A stretch of 64,000 nt of DNA from Nemertoderma westbladi (taxonomy: Eukaryota > Animalia > Xenacoelomorpha), in assembly GCA_032718475.1 (NCBI GenBank), contig JAUCBJ010004612.1, positions 1-64,000 on the forward strand, read 5' to 3'. Under the pieces are notes generated by a model. The model worked only from the letters and a program-made list of their open reading frames with translations. It did no database searches and had not been told where the DNA came from. The position numbers and the translations under genes were made by a program. Shown here piece by piece: positions 12,567 to 25,253 of this stretch (the stretch's first letter is position 1; the number at the start of each line of letters is the position of its first letter).

Positions 12567-14270
12567 AATTGTAACATCTCTATTTTTGATTTACACCGGT
12601 TTTTTGGTGTTAGAAATTTGATGGAATTCATATAAATTGATTTAGAAATTTCAAACTTGTTTTTTTCGGTGGATGCAAAATTTTGGTGCCGGCACCAAAT
12701 TTTGAAATAAGTCAATTTTGTAAATTGATCGTTTGAAACATGTTTTTTACGCAATTGGGGTTTTTTGGTTTTCTGGATTCGATGAAATATATACGAGTTG
12801 CACCAAGCGTATCAAACTTGTATTTTTCGGTGCTGTGTGCAAATTTTGGTGCTAGCACGAAATTTTGAAAATCCATTCAATGGATAAAATTGCTTGTGAC
12901 AATTTATTTCTTGCATTTTAGAGGTTTATGGCTGTTCTGAATTCAATGGAAAATATAATTATCGAACTAGACATCTCAAACTTGTATTTTTCGGATGTGG
13001 GTGTGTGACGGGATCCACGGAGGATCCCGGTTTATGCGGTTTTCAATCTACGCGTCCCCGCCGTGTGTGAAAGGTAAAGAGAGTTATTGATCGCTGTATA
13101 TAGTTTTCCGGGTATAATAGTATAAGATATGATATAAGGTATACAGATGATAACACAAAGTTTATTATAAGATACAATATTGGATACACGGATGGTATAC
13201 AAAGACAGTAATTGAAGTTCCGGTACTACCCTAGCTAAACTGACTTACTATAAGCGAATGAAATGATTACTGTGCTGATAATATATATTGCACGGTTGGC
13301 TGTGTTACATTACTCAACCGATGCCTTCCCCCCATTGGCTAATAACCCTGTTGTCGCCCTTTGCCTCCCCTGGAGGGTTTCCCTTCGCCCCTGTTACTCT
13401 CTCTCTCTCTCAGGGGTGTAACCCCTGACCCTTATTGTGTGTGTGTGTGTGCTTTCTCCTTCCCACTTTGTTGGGGTGACACGAGGTTGATTGCTCACCC
13501 TCGTGTTCCCCAATATTGCTTAACGGCTCACTTTATGGGGTGGTTAGCGGAATTGGATAAGCTAACAGGGTGCAAAATGTGGTGCTAGCACCAAATTTTG
13601 AAAACCATCAAATATATATCAATTGATTGTGTCACCTTGTTTCTTGCGTTATACGGGTTTGTGATGGTTCTGAATTCAATGGAATCAGTAAAAATTTCAT
13701 AAGAGTTCTCAAACTTGTATTTTTCGCCGGTGGGTGAAAATTGTTGTGCCAGCACCAAATTTTGGAAAATATGCAAATTGATAAGAAGATAGTATCACCT
13801 TGTTTCTTGCGTTATACGGGTTTATGAGGGTCCTGAATCCGATGTAATCAATAAAAACAGCACTGGACATCGCAAACTTGTACTTTTTGGTGATGGGTAC
13901 GAAATTTGGTGCTAGCACCAAAATTTTCCAAATTACGTCGAAAAATACAAGTAGCAATGATCTGGCATATTAGAAATGTATTCCATTAGTATCAGCGCCC
14001 TCGAAAACCTGAAAATGTGAATTTATAGCATCGTATAAGTGAATTAAATATTTTGTGTTCTAACTGAAAAGTGCTGGTTACTTGTTTTTTTCATTTTTTT
14101 CCTACGCAGAGAGGACTAAACAGCCATTTATAGTAATCATATCATTTTTTAATATTTTCCAATCTATTTTGCACCCCAGAAAACCTGTATTGAAAAATAA
14201 TTAGCCGAAAATGTAACTTTCAAATTTGGTGAAAATTGTGCACTACTTGTAATTTTGGTGCTGCAATATA
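12567..14270. mobile_element. piggyBac-like non-autonomous element, truncated copy A (left part, split by a solo LTR)
   Basis: 12567-13003 and 13568-14270 are colinear with the intact copy at 59176-60728; the terminal ~240 bp including the TIR is missing. Confidence 0.92.
13004..13567 (-). repeat. Solo LTR of BEL element 2 with 5-bp TSD GGGTG
   Basis: TGTGACGG...GCTAACA; GGGTG at 12999-13003 and 13568-13572; near-identical to 26703-27348. Confidence 0.95.
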
Positions 14271-15171
14271 TGATGTCATATATATATGTATCATATATGC
14301 AATATATGATTGCTCACCCTCGTGTTCCCCAATATTGCTTAACGGCTCACTTTATGGGGTGGTTAGCGGAATTGGATAAGCTAACACTCCCCCCCATGCT
14401 ATCTTCCCGGTGAGAAGATAGCATCCACCTCTAGTGCGCTACAATTCCGCTGGATCCCGATCTAGTATCGGGTGTGGGGTGGAACTATTTTCTTTCGGAG
14501 CCGGCTTTCCAGGCCGCTCCCTATGGGTATGATAATGCTACCCCGTTTGCCTGGCGTCCCGTGTCGGGCCGATCGTGCGCTCCTCCCACACGACTTTTGT
14601 TTCCCCAACACTTTCGCCACTCCAACTCTACTCTGTTTTCACCCTGACCCTCCTCTACTTTTCCTCACTTCGGCTCTAACTCTCGGGCTTCCCTGCCCCT
14701 CACTCAGCCTCTTATTCCTCCCCCCCCACACTTGAATTGCGCTCACACTCTCTCTACACTCCGCACTCTCTCCGCACTACAACTCAACCTCTATCCTGAC
14801 CACTCACTCCCGACGAGTTTCACCCCCCCCCCCTTTTTGTGCCGTCACACTCAAGAAGCGTGATGTCGTCCAATGTCTCGTCCGCGGTAGTATTATAGTC
14901 CATTGGTCCCCAGTCCCAGTAGCTAATTGAGAAAGTTTATATGACTATAGTACTTACTACAAATATATATATTTTATTACTAGATTACTGATTGCTACGT
15001 ACGTACATACAAATTGCACTTATTCGATTATTTACATTATTTGAATTTGTATTTAAGAGTTCGCACGTCTCGCGTGGTGTCTTCCAGGCATGTTACACCG
15101 GAGTCTCAGTTCGTTCCACCAGCCATTGGGAACCACCTCAAGTCTTTCCCTTTGTCGTCCTCCTCCCTGGG

Positions 15172-17253
15172 TCATTTCCTGGTCACTGCCGCTCCTCTAG
15201 TCTTGTCTGCTTTCTGGCTTCGGACTCTCGCCGCCACCTCCTTACTGATCCCGGTCGTTGACTCCTTGGGTGCCGGTGTTATTAGCTCCCGGTATCGCTT
15301 CGCGGGTGGCCCCTCCGAGTGGCCCTGTTGTCTCCCCCTGGTGGCATCCCATAAGATCATCTTCATTGCCTGCGGCACATGCTCCGCCAAGAAATCCCTA
15401 AACTCTCCTCTGCTCTGTGGCGTCCACCTATCCAAATACCTCTGCATATTTATCACTATGGCATATGATGCCGCCGTCACCACTTCCTGGTAGGTAAACG
15501 GAAGCCTCCGTTTGATAATCTCCATGTGAGCCTCCTGATTGATGTTAAAGAAGCCCCACCGGAACTCCTGGGCCTTCATACGTTGCCGAGTCATCGCCCC
15601 GACGTCGGCCCACTCCTCGAAGATCCTAAACTTCTCTTCATCGTCCATCCAGTCGCACTGGCGTCCGTAATGTCCCCGAAAGTTACATTTCGAACATCGG
15701 TTATGCAACCGTGGACACGCCCCCATCCTGTGGCTCGACTCGCGGCCATGGAGACAACTAGTCCCTTTCTGGAACCGGTACAAACATCTCCTTTCCTGGT
15801 GGGTCTGTCTCCCACAGTAGTCGCAGCCGAGTACCAATGTCTCCCGCCCCACGTCGTCTTTCGTCCCAAGCGATCTCCGCGGTCTGTGGAGTCGCTGGTA
15901 AGCAAACTTCCGGACGTTAGTGTCCCTATCTACGTCGATCTCCTCGCCCCTCTCGGGCATCATCTCCCCGAATACTACCCGTGGTGCCGTCCCCGGTTGC
16001 TCGCCCAACCTGATAGTGCTCCCCGCGAAATCCATCGCCGGCTCCTCGTGCACCCAGGCCCGCTTGCCGGGTCTATCCCAGAAGGCCCTCGCCCCACTGG
16101 CCGTCACCAACCTCCCGCCAACCCAGTTCGTGTCCGAGTGGCCTATCCTCCCGATGGGTGGCATCTCTCCGAACTCGTCGTCGTCTTCGTCCTCCTCTGG
16201 CAGTGGCTCCAACCCCGGTATCCCGGTGGACCCACTATGTCCCTTCCCGCCTTGGCTCTCGCCCGTAGCTCTCCATCCCTCTAGCTCCCCTAGCTTCCTT
16301 AGCGGCTGGTCGCTCTCGGCGCCCGCTGGTATGGGCGTCACTTGCAATCCCGACGTCGACTGTTTCGGTGATCCCACCGTCCATCCCAGTTCTCGCCCTA
16401 GAGACTCCCCCGAACTCCCTGACGAAGTCCAACGAAGTTCGTCTAAGCCCGCCTGTTCCTCGAAGCCGTAGCTCTGCGCCCTAGCTTCCTCCTCCCTTTC
16501 CTCTGCTTCTCTCCTCTCCCGTCTAGCGACTTCTTCCAGTCGCTTCGCCTCTCGTCTATCCGTCTCTAGCTGCTCCCATCTCTGATACGGTGTATCTATC
16601 TCCCCGTCTACCAGATGTCGGCTGTTGTAGTACACCGACTCGCCCTTCAGCCCCGGGTGGTCTACCAGACCCACAAAAGCCGTCTTAAAGGCTCTTCTGT
16701 AGTTTAGGGGTGATCCCGATAATAGGAATGCCGCTGGTTCCCTCTCGATAACCACGGTCATGAATAGGTTAAGCAAACCTATCATTATCCAGTCCTCCTG
16801 CAGGATATATCGCTTCTGATATACCTTTATCGCTCCTCCTTTATGGTTCTGGCCGATCCCGCCGATCCTCTCCTTGAACCCTCCTCGTCTTCCATGGTCC
16901 CTTCGTCGTCTAGGATCATGTATCCTCCCCTGTTGACGGACTCTATGAACCTCTTCCAATCTTTCCTCGGTGACTCTCTCGCGTATTTCGGAATCCCGAA
17001 CTTCGCCTCGTCTCCTTTCACCACGTAGTGGAAATGCTCGAAGATCGCGTTGTCCGCGCGTCCCGTAGGTCCCGACCAGCCGCTGTTCATGCACCTCCCT
17101 GAAGTGGTCCTGTAGCGCTCATGCTGCATGACCCTTTTCTAACTGCTCATAGTATCTCCTCGTCCTCTCTTCCGGATGCCTCTTGGTGAAATCCACCAGT
17201 ATCTCCTTTCCTCCTAGCTCCGCCTTTCTCTTTCGCACAAGTTTGCTTGCCAT
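15172..17253 (-). CDS. Accessory ORF downstream of integrase: coiled coil, acidic low-complexity tract and triple zinc-knuckle domain (5' part frameshifted)
   Basis: 640-aa open frame 15172-17094 containing CDYCGRQTHQERRC, CLHGRESSHRMGAC and CSKCNFRGHYGRQC. Overlapping frame 16827-17129 and an ATG at 17253 suggest a frameshifted N-terminus. Confidence 0.75.
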
Positions 17254-17734
17254 TCCGAACTCTGCCCGATCGCTCACCCTTTGGATGGTGCCTTACCAAG
17301 GCGCTATAGGATGAGTGATAGGTTTAGATGGTTTATTTCAGTTCGATGGCCTATCTCTCTCTGAATTTCTGAGTTATTTCCTATTCTTTACACTACTTAA
17401 TTATGAGGCTACTAAATGTACCCTAAATCACAATTTTGTCCGTTGCTTTAATTATATTCCAGAATTTCCTTTTCTATTGTTACCATAATTTGCTAATTTT
17501 TCTGCCCTATTCTTATTTTATTTTAATTTAATTTTAATTCTACCGTCCTACTACTTACTATATTGCCTATGGATTATTCTATTTTATAATCCACATTCTG
17601 GCCTACTCTGTGGGCTTGTGCAGTACAACAGTATGCTTCGCGTGGCCACACGATTTATCCAGCTCTACTCACGTGCCCCCCTCTCGTTACTCACTACTGA
17701 CTAATATCTATACTATATATACCCTTCTACCTCT

Positions 17735-18110
17735 ATCTCTTACTAACCGGTACTACGTACCCTCTAACTACACTAACTAACGGTACTACGTACCCTCTTA
17801 CTACTCTAACTCCACTGACTAACAGTACTACGTACCCTCTTACTACTCTAACTCCACTAACTAACAGTACTACGTACCCTCTTACTACTCTAACTCCACT
17901 AACTAACGGTACTACGTACCCTCTTACTACTCTAACTCCACTAACTAACGGTACTACGTACCCTCTTACTAACTCCTCTAACACTCCTAACTAACTAACG
18001 GTACTACGTACCCTCTTACTAACCTCTCTAACACTCTTAACTAATGGTACTACGTACCCCCTTACTAACCTCTAACTCAACTAACTAACTAACGGTACTA
18101 CGTACCGTTA
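17735..18110. repeat. ~42-bp tandem repeat in the spacer between pol and the accessory ORF
   Basis: Units like CGGTACTACGTACCCTCTTACTACTCTAACTCCACTAACTAA, about nine copies with length variation. Confidence 0.9.
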
Positions 18111-18272
18111 GTCTTACTATCTAACTTCTATCTGCCTACTTACTGCGTACCTAGTTATTATTATTTATATTTATTTTTTATTTTATTCTTATGTGTGGGA
18201 AGGGCGTCTCGCCCTCAATCCCACCCCCCTCAGTCCAAAACTTGGACGACTAAACTCCTCTCTTACTCTACA

Positions 18273-21200
18273 CTAAGGTGCTCCCTCTAGAAGACAGCAC
18301 TTCCCTACAGCCCTTCTGTAGGTTTTCCTGTCTTTCGCACCTATCTTGCCACCTATCCGCACTTCTACCGATCGGACTCTTCCGTCCTCATCGGAGTAAG
18401 TGCCTACAACTCTCGCCAACCGCCACTGGTTGTTGATGATGGTATCATCCGTGACGATCATGAGATCACCCTCTCTCAGCTCTCTGTTCGTCTTCCTCCA
18501 CTTACTTCTTCTGTGAAGCGTGGGTAGATATTCCTCAACCCATCTCCTCCAATACTCTGTGCTTATCGCCTGAGCGACTTTCCAACTCTGGCGGGAGTGT
18601 ATGTCATCTGGGTCTACACCCCGCATGTCGATGGTCGCTGGCCTTTCCATTAGGAAATGGCTGGGCGTCAGCACGTCTAGTGACTCAGGATCATCATTCT
18701 CTGGATACAGCGGTCTGCTATTAATGATACCCTCACACTCCGCAAGTACTGTCCTTAGCACGTCCTCCGTAACCATATGGGTGTTCATCAACTTCGTCAT
18801 CAGACGCTTCGAACTACCCACTAATCTCTCGACGCATCCTAGGGTATGCGGAGCATACGGCGTCCTCCTCTCCCACTTTACTTGTCGTCGCCTCATGGCT
18901 GCCCTGACTTCCTCCCCTTCCAGGATATCCAAGGCCTCTGCCATCTCGTTCTCCGCCCCCACAAAGTTGGTCCCGTTGTCGGAGTATATTACTGCGATCA
19001 TCCCACCTTTGCGGTCTCTAAACCTCTCTAAGGCATTAATGAATGCCGATGCGGTTGCATCTTGGGTGAGTTCTATCCCTACCGCCCGCGTGTTATTACA
19101 TACGAAGATAATACCGTAGCGTTTCTCCGTGTGCCGCATCACCTTGATCTTTATCGGCCCGAACATGTCCACACCGCAATGCGTAAATGGCGGGTCGTGT
19201 TGTCCTACCCTACTCGCCGGTAGTGGTGCCATCTCCTGTATGGCTCGCTCCTTCTTCGTTCATCGGCAGCTCTGGCACTACCCCACTACCGCCTTTACTT
19301 TCTTCCTCAACTGTTTGACCCAAAAGGTCCTCCTTATCTCCGTGAGGGATGATAATCTGGTGGACTATCGGCGATCCTGTGGGGATGATGATGGGCTTCG
19401 GTGGTACGACGATACTGTTGTTGTATCCCACCCTAGAGTTCATTACTAGGATTCCGTCGTCATTAAGTTGTGGTGACAGCATGATCAGCTCGCTGTCCCG
19501 CCGGAGATGCTGTTGTTTACCGATGCGTTCCACCTCGTCGCCGTAGTTCTTCCTCTGCTCGTAGCGGATGACTGCTTTGGCCGCTCCTTCCAGATCTATT
19601 GTCATTCTAATCTTCTCGTCTTTGCCAACTCCCCTGAGGAAATTCCCGAAGGCTCTCCAGTACGCCACTAATTTCTTGGTCTTGTACCAACTAGAACTGT
19701 AGCTAAGGAGTTTATCCGTCGGGTTATCGCACAGTTCTCCTGGTTTTGGTTGCACGTCCCTAATCTCCCTCACCATCTGGGAGTATATCTCTTCTCCCTC
19801 TGAATCTCCCTCTTCTCCTTCTGACACTACTTCTCCTGAGCCCGGGTCCACCTTTCTCATCGGCGACCAGGCCTCCCTATCGCTCAGAAACTGTGGCCCG
19901 TGTTGCCACAATACTTCCTTCTTCAAGAAAGTGTGGCGTACCACGCCCCTCAATAACAAGTCCGCTGGGTTCTCGTCCGTTGGGCAGTAGTGCCACCTTT
20001 CTAGTTCTGTGGTCGCCCTTATTTCGTCCACTCTTTTCGCGACGAATATAGGGTATCTCGTCCTTTCGTTATGTAGCCAACCAAGCACTACCATGGAGTC
20101 CGTCCAGTAGTGTGTCTCCACTATGTTGGGAATAGCATCCATTAGGTAGGCTGTAGCCCTAACTCCTAGTCTCACAGCTGTCAATTCTAGTTTGGGAACT
20201 GATGCTGAATCTGGTGGCGTTGACTTCGCTTTGCTGAAGGCCAGTCTGGGCTTGTGAGCCCCCTCTCGTTGTACTAAATAGAGTGCCGCTCCGTATGCCT
20301 CTAACGACGCATCGGAGAACATGTGTAGGTCCAGATTCGTCATGTCCCTATCCGGGAAATACACTCTTGGCATGCTGTATGTTCCCATCTGCTCCAGGCT
20401 CTCTGTCCACTTATACCACTGCTTTCTGATCTCTTCCGGTATCTCTGTGTCCCACTCGTCCTTTAGTTTGTATACTCTCTTGAGTATCTGTTTCCCCGTG
20501 ACTAGTAGTGGGGATGCTAGGCCTAGGGGATCGTATATCCTTGCTATGTACGACACATAGCCCCTCTTTGTGTGGATATCTGCGCCCTCCTGACTCAACT
20601 GGTACTTCAGTTCATCCGTCTCTCTGTTCCACACGATTCCCAGTGCCTTCTGTTGAGACTCTATTCTCTTGTTCGCCATGTCCTGCCCCTTGGCTGTTGT
20701 GGGATTATCCATGGTCGATCCTGGTCTCTCATCTTTTATCGCCTCGATAAATTCCTTCGAACTGGATTGGAATTTGGTTAGGTTGAAGCCGGATCCTTTA
20801 AGGAAGTCGCGAACCTCGCGCCCTGTGTCCAGTAGCTCCTTAACCGTATTTCCAGACTCCATCCCGTCGTCTACGTAGAAGCCGCGTCGAATCATATCGA
20901 CGGCTCTAATACTGTATTTATCTTCCTTTCCCTTTACTGTGTCTCTTACGGCCATAGTCGTCGTGAATGAAGACGACTTGGCTCCCATATTCTGTACTAT
21001 CATCTTGTACATCGGTATTGTCGACGGTTCCACGTCGCCGTTGTACCACAAGAAGCATTGACTGTCGCTATCCTCTTCCGTCACATGGACTTGGTTGAAC
21101 ATGCCTTCTATGTCACAGGTGAAGGCGTGTTTCCCATTCCTGAATCTGAGTAGGACCTCTATCCCTGAGTTGTATATGTTGGGACCCTCTAGCAGATAGT

Positions 21201-24200
21201 CGTTTAGGCATTTCCCGTCGGTCTTTGCCGATGCGTCCACTACCATCCGCAGTTTACCTTTCTTCGGATCTAAAGCCACGTGGAGTGGCAGGTAATATGT
21301 CCTGTCCGTGTTCGGTTCATCGACCGGTAACTACACGGCCCATCCCTTCTCGACGTACTTTCTGATTGTCTTGTGAATGTACTCATTCTTTTCGGGGCTC
21401 CGTTTTAACGTCTGTTTCAACTTACGAAGCCTCGTGAGTACCATCCCTTTATTATCGGGCAGTGGTAGCTTTGGTAGCTTCCATACCATTCCTATGCTAT
21501 ACCGCCCCTCGTCGCATCTCATAGACTCCTTTACGCTCTGCTGAGCCTGCTTGTCTTCCACCGAGGTCCCGACCCCGGTTTCCTTTAGTCCCTCAAAATC
21601 TTGCCTGAGCAGTCTCTTGAGCTGTTCCTCCGCTCTCTCATCCCCTATTTCTTGCATAGTTCCTGCGAACATGCATCCCGATGTCTCCGACATCCTAAAT
21701 GGTATCTTACTCTTAATTGGGCCACTCAGCGTCCACCCGAACGGTGTCAATATCGCCACCGGGTCACACTGCCTGTCTTCGCCGAAGACCGTTTGCATCC
21801 TTTCGTGGGCCGTCGGGCAGTCCATTCCTACTATGATGGATACCTTCCTAACGTCCACCTCTGGGATTGAGAAGTCGATATCATCCAGGAATTTATATTG
21901 TTCGACCTCGATGTTGGTTGGCCGCCTGGCATTGATATTTATTGACTCTATCACTTGGATGGGGTCGATGGTCGCCCCATAGTCGCATCCCGGTGCCACC
22001 GCTGCTATCGCGCACCGCCCGGTCCTCATCTCCAGGACCTCATCTTTGCTAGAGATTGTTGTTACCGCCATTCTACTTGGCCTCGTTCTCAATCCTATCT
22101 CTTCGGCCACCCAATTTTCGATTAATGTGAAGGCAGCTCCACTATCGACCAGCATCAGTGTGGTCACTGATCGATTGCCTTCTCCAATCACTCGCACTGG
22201 TACTACCCCAAGTAGCACCGTTCCTCTCTTCTTCACCCCTACTGTGCTCGTTGCCATCGTTTGGCCTTTGCTTTGACCGAACTTGATTGGCGTCTCCTTG
22301 CATTGCCTAGCTCTATGTCCACTCATCACACATCGCGAGCAGATCTCATTTCTCGCCGCGTATTCTACCTGATCTTCCCTGGGTAGCGCTTGCCAGTACC
22401 TGCAGTTCATGGTTTGATGAAGCGCATTTGTATGTAGCTGGCATTTGCTCTTTGGGTCGTAGCCGTCCTTGTACAGTGCATTGCGTATCGCAGTTGCATT
22501 TGTACCAAAGTCCCTACTATTCTTATTGTTTGGGTTCGGCCTACTGGGCGTACTGGGGTTATATTTATTTGTGTTGTTATTTTTCCCCTGTCCGCTCCAT
22601 GATGTGGTCTTACCCTCGGCTACCTGTGGACTTGCAGTCCCCTGCGTCGCTGCGTATGGCAGTGATTGCCTGAGCTTTGGTAATGCGTTTGACGTGTTGT
22701 GTTCTGGTTTCGGTCTATGGTAATCGGTTCTTGGTCCCTTTCCCAGGCTGTCCTCACTATAGACTGGGTCGGTTATTAATTCGGCTTCGTAGTTTAAGAA
22801 GCTCGACATTTCTTCTAAACCCGGTTCCGCACCCTTCCTATCTCGAGTGGAGAAAGCGATTTTCCTCCACTTGTTGCGCAGCCACATCGGTAGTGCCTGC
22901 GCTATCGTGGTGATGTTGTTGGACGCGTTGAGTTCGTATGGCGCGTCTAGCGTCTTTAGCACGATTAGCGCCTTCTCGACTTTGTTCGCGAACGTCTTAA
23001 TGCTAACGGGATTATCCTGTAGGCCACCCGATGTTATGCCTCTCAGGGTTTGCCGGATGATCTTGGCCGGGTGCCCATATTCCCTGTCCAGTGCCCGCCA
23101 TGCCGTCGTGAAGCCGCCCTCTATGCCCTGGTATTGCCTCACGATGTCGTATGCTGGGCCTCCTGTATATACTTGCAGATATTTTAGGCACTCCGCCTGC
23201 GTCAAGTTCTTTGTTAGTATTTCGTTACTATACATGCGCCGAAACTGCAGATATTCTTCCGGCCTACTCCCATCGAATTTAAACGGTTCCACGGGTGGTA
23301 ACTCGATCCTAGTTTTTAACGCATCGATCAACGTGGCCATCCCCATCGCCTGCGCTTCCAATGGGTTCGATGGATGTTGTATAGTTTCTCCTGTTGGGTG
23401 TGGTCCGTCCGTCCTATTTTCTACCTTCCTCTGGCTTGGGTATATCATTGGGGGTAGCGGCCCCCTCCATATTTCTGTGTCGCATGATCTATTTTCATCC
23501 AAGGGTCTCGTTGTTCTTGCTCCTATCGGGGTATATTGTTGATATTGTGATGGGGGAATGTCACCCTGCCCCCCCCCCCCCCCCACCGGTATGTTTGATA
23601 CTGGGGTTGATGTTAATATATTGGGGCCCATGCACCTATCCGCAATAATTCCCCCCTCCCCTGGGTATATGTTATGTCCTTGCATGCTGTAGTCATACTG
23701 CTGTACTGGTACCGGTATAGGCCTATCAGCTTCTGGCCTACCTGCCGGTATGTACTCCGCGACTTCCGGGTTTAATCCCGTTGTCCGCGCTATCCTATCA
23801 CCTAAATTATTCCTGCCAGCATGGCCTATGGTATGTGCAGTAAGGCCTACAGTATGTTCCACAGTCTGTATGTGTCGCTCGGGATCGAAGTTTAATCTTC
23901 TCGAATAATCCTCCCCGCGGCTACCGTATTCTCGGTCGGTAGCTATATCCCGCCGGGAAGTTTCTCTTCGACCCCCTCCACTGCTCTCGTCCTCGTGCCG
24001 GTACATTGCGTACCCCTCTATCGGCGCGCAGTGCGCCTCGTCAGGTCGCGCCTCTCCAGGACGACGGCAATCTCCCGAAGTTCGACCCCACTGACTCTCC
24101 GTTCCCATCTCGACTATCGACGGCTCACTATCCGTCCTCGCTCTCCTATCGTTCACGGCGATACTTCTCATACTATCTTCTCTTTTTCTCTTTTCAGTGC

Positions 24201-24351
24201 AGTGTTCCTGCTCGTGAGATCTCTCGTCGACCTCCCAGTTAAACTCCACTGTTCTTTTTCCCTCTTCTGATCGGGCTCGACGCTTCGTCTGCCCTCTCGC
24301 GACGTCAACCTGCCTCTCTCTGCTCGATCGCACGCCGCGGGAGATACTCAC
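18273..24351 (-). pseudogene. pol: BEL/Pao gag-pol of element 2 (one in-frame stop near 21331, frameshifts near 19230-19340)
   Basis: FKFDGSRPEEY capsid-like region, knuckles, protease LVDSGA, CDIEGMFNQV, FYVDD, LHMFSDAS, PKLELTAV, integrase GVDMFGP / YSDNGTNF / VERLVGS. Confidence 0.93.
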
Positions 24352-24619
24352 AATCCCCCTATTACTCTCCGTCGCCGGGTGTTGCGGTTTACCTAGCTCG
24401 GCCCGCGCATTATCCGCAGACGTCTGTGGGACACTCTCTGCCCCCCCCCCTTCTCGCTACTAATCTCTCATGGTTGGGCTCCTGTAGCCCCCCCCCCCCC
24501 CCCCCCCACTCGCCACATATCACGCCGCTACCTCTTACTTCACTTCTACACCCCTCTCCAGTCGACACAATGTTTCTACTGTGGCTGGGTCTACTCACCC
24601 CCGCCTCTCTCTCTACTAT

Positions 24620-24895
24620 TGCGTGGCCTACCAGGCCTACCTCGGGTTGGCTCAACTCCGCTACCTCCTGCCTACCTACCAACTACGTGGCCTACCAGGC
24701 CGCCGTCGGGTTGGCTTAACCCCGCCACTTCCTGCCTACTAACTACGTGGCCTACCAGGCCGCTGTCGGGTTGGCTTAACCCCACCACTTCCTGCCTACT
24801 AACTACGTGGCCTACCAGGCCCCCGTCTGGTTGGCTTAATCCCGCCACTTCCTGCCTACTAACTACATGGCCTACCAGGCCCCCATCTGCCAGGT
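24620..24895. repeat. 60-bp tandem repeat (~4.5 copies) in the gag N-terminal region
   Basis: CGTGGCCTACCAGGCC...CCTGCCTACTAACTA recurs at 60-bp spacing (24686, 24746, 24806, 24866). Confidence 0.9.
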
Positions 24896-25253
24896 TGTGT
24901 ATGTCCGACACGTTCACATTAATAGCACCACTGTGATTGTCGCCAATTTGGCCCTCTAGTTCACCTAAATTATTTTGTGCACCAAAATTAGAAATGGAAT
25001 TATTTTGTTCGTTCGAGATAAGATTATTTGAATTATTTTGCGTGCTACATTATTTGAGTTATTTTGCGTAATTACGTTATTTGTATTATTATTTTGTAAA
25101 TTCGAATTCGTATTATTATTTAAATTATTTGGATTATTTGTATTTAAATTTAAGTTACTACTACTAGGTAGAATATTTCCTGGAATAAAGGTTTGGTTAG
25201 ATTTATCCAATATGGTACTATTAATATTAACGTCGTCTACTGTATTATTATTA

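Noticed and set aside
10770-18110. Three different repeats all with a 42-bp period (satellite, gag repeat, spacer repeat)
   Set aside because: No sequence similarity among them; treated as coincidence.
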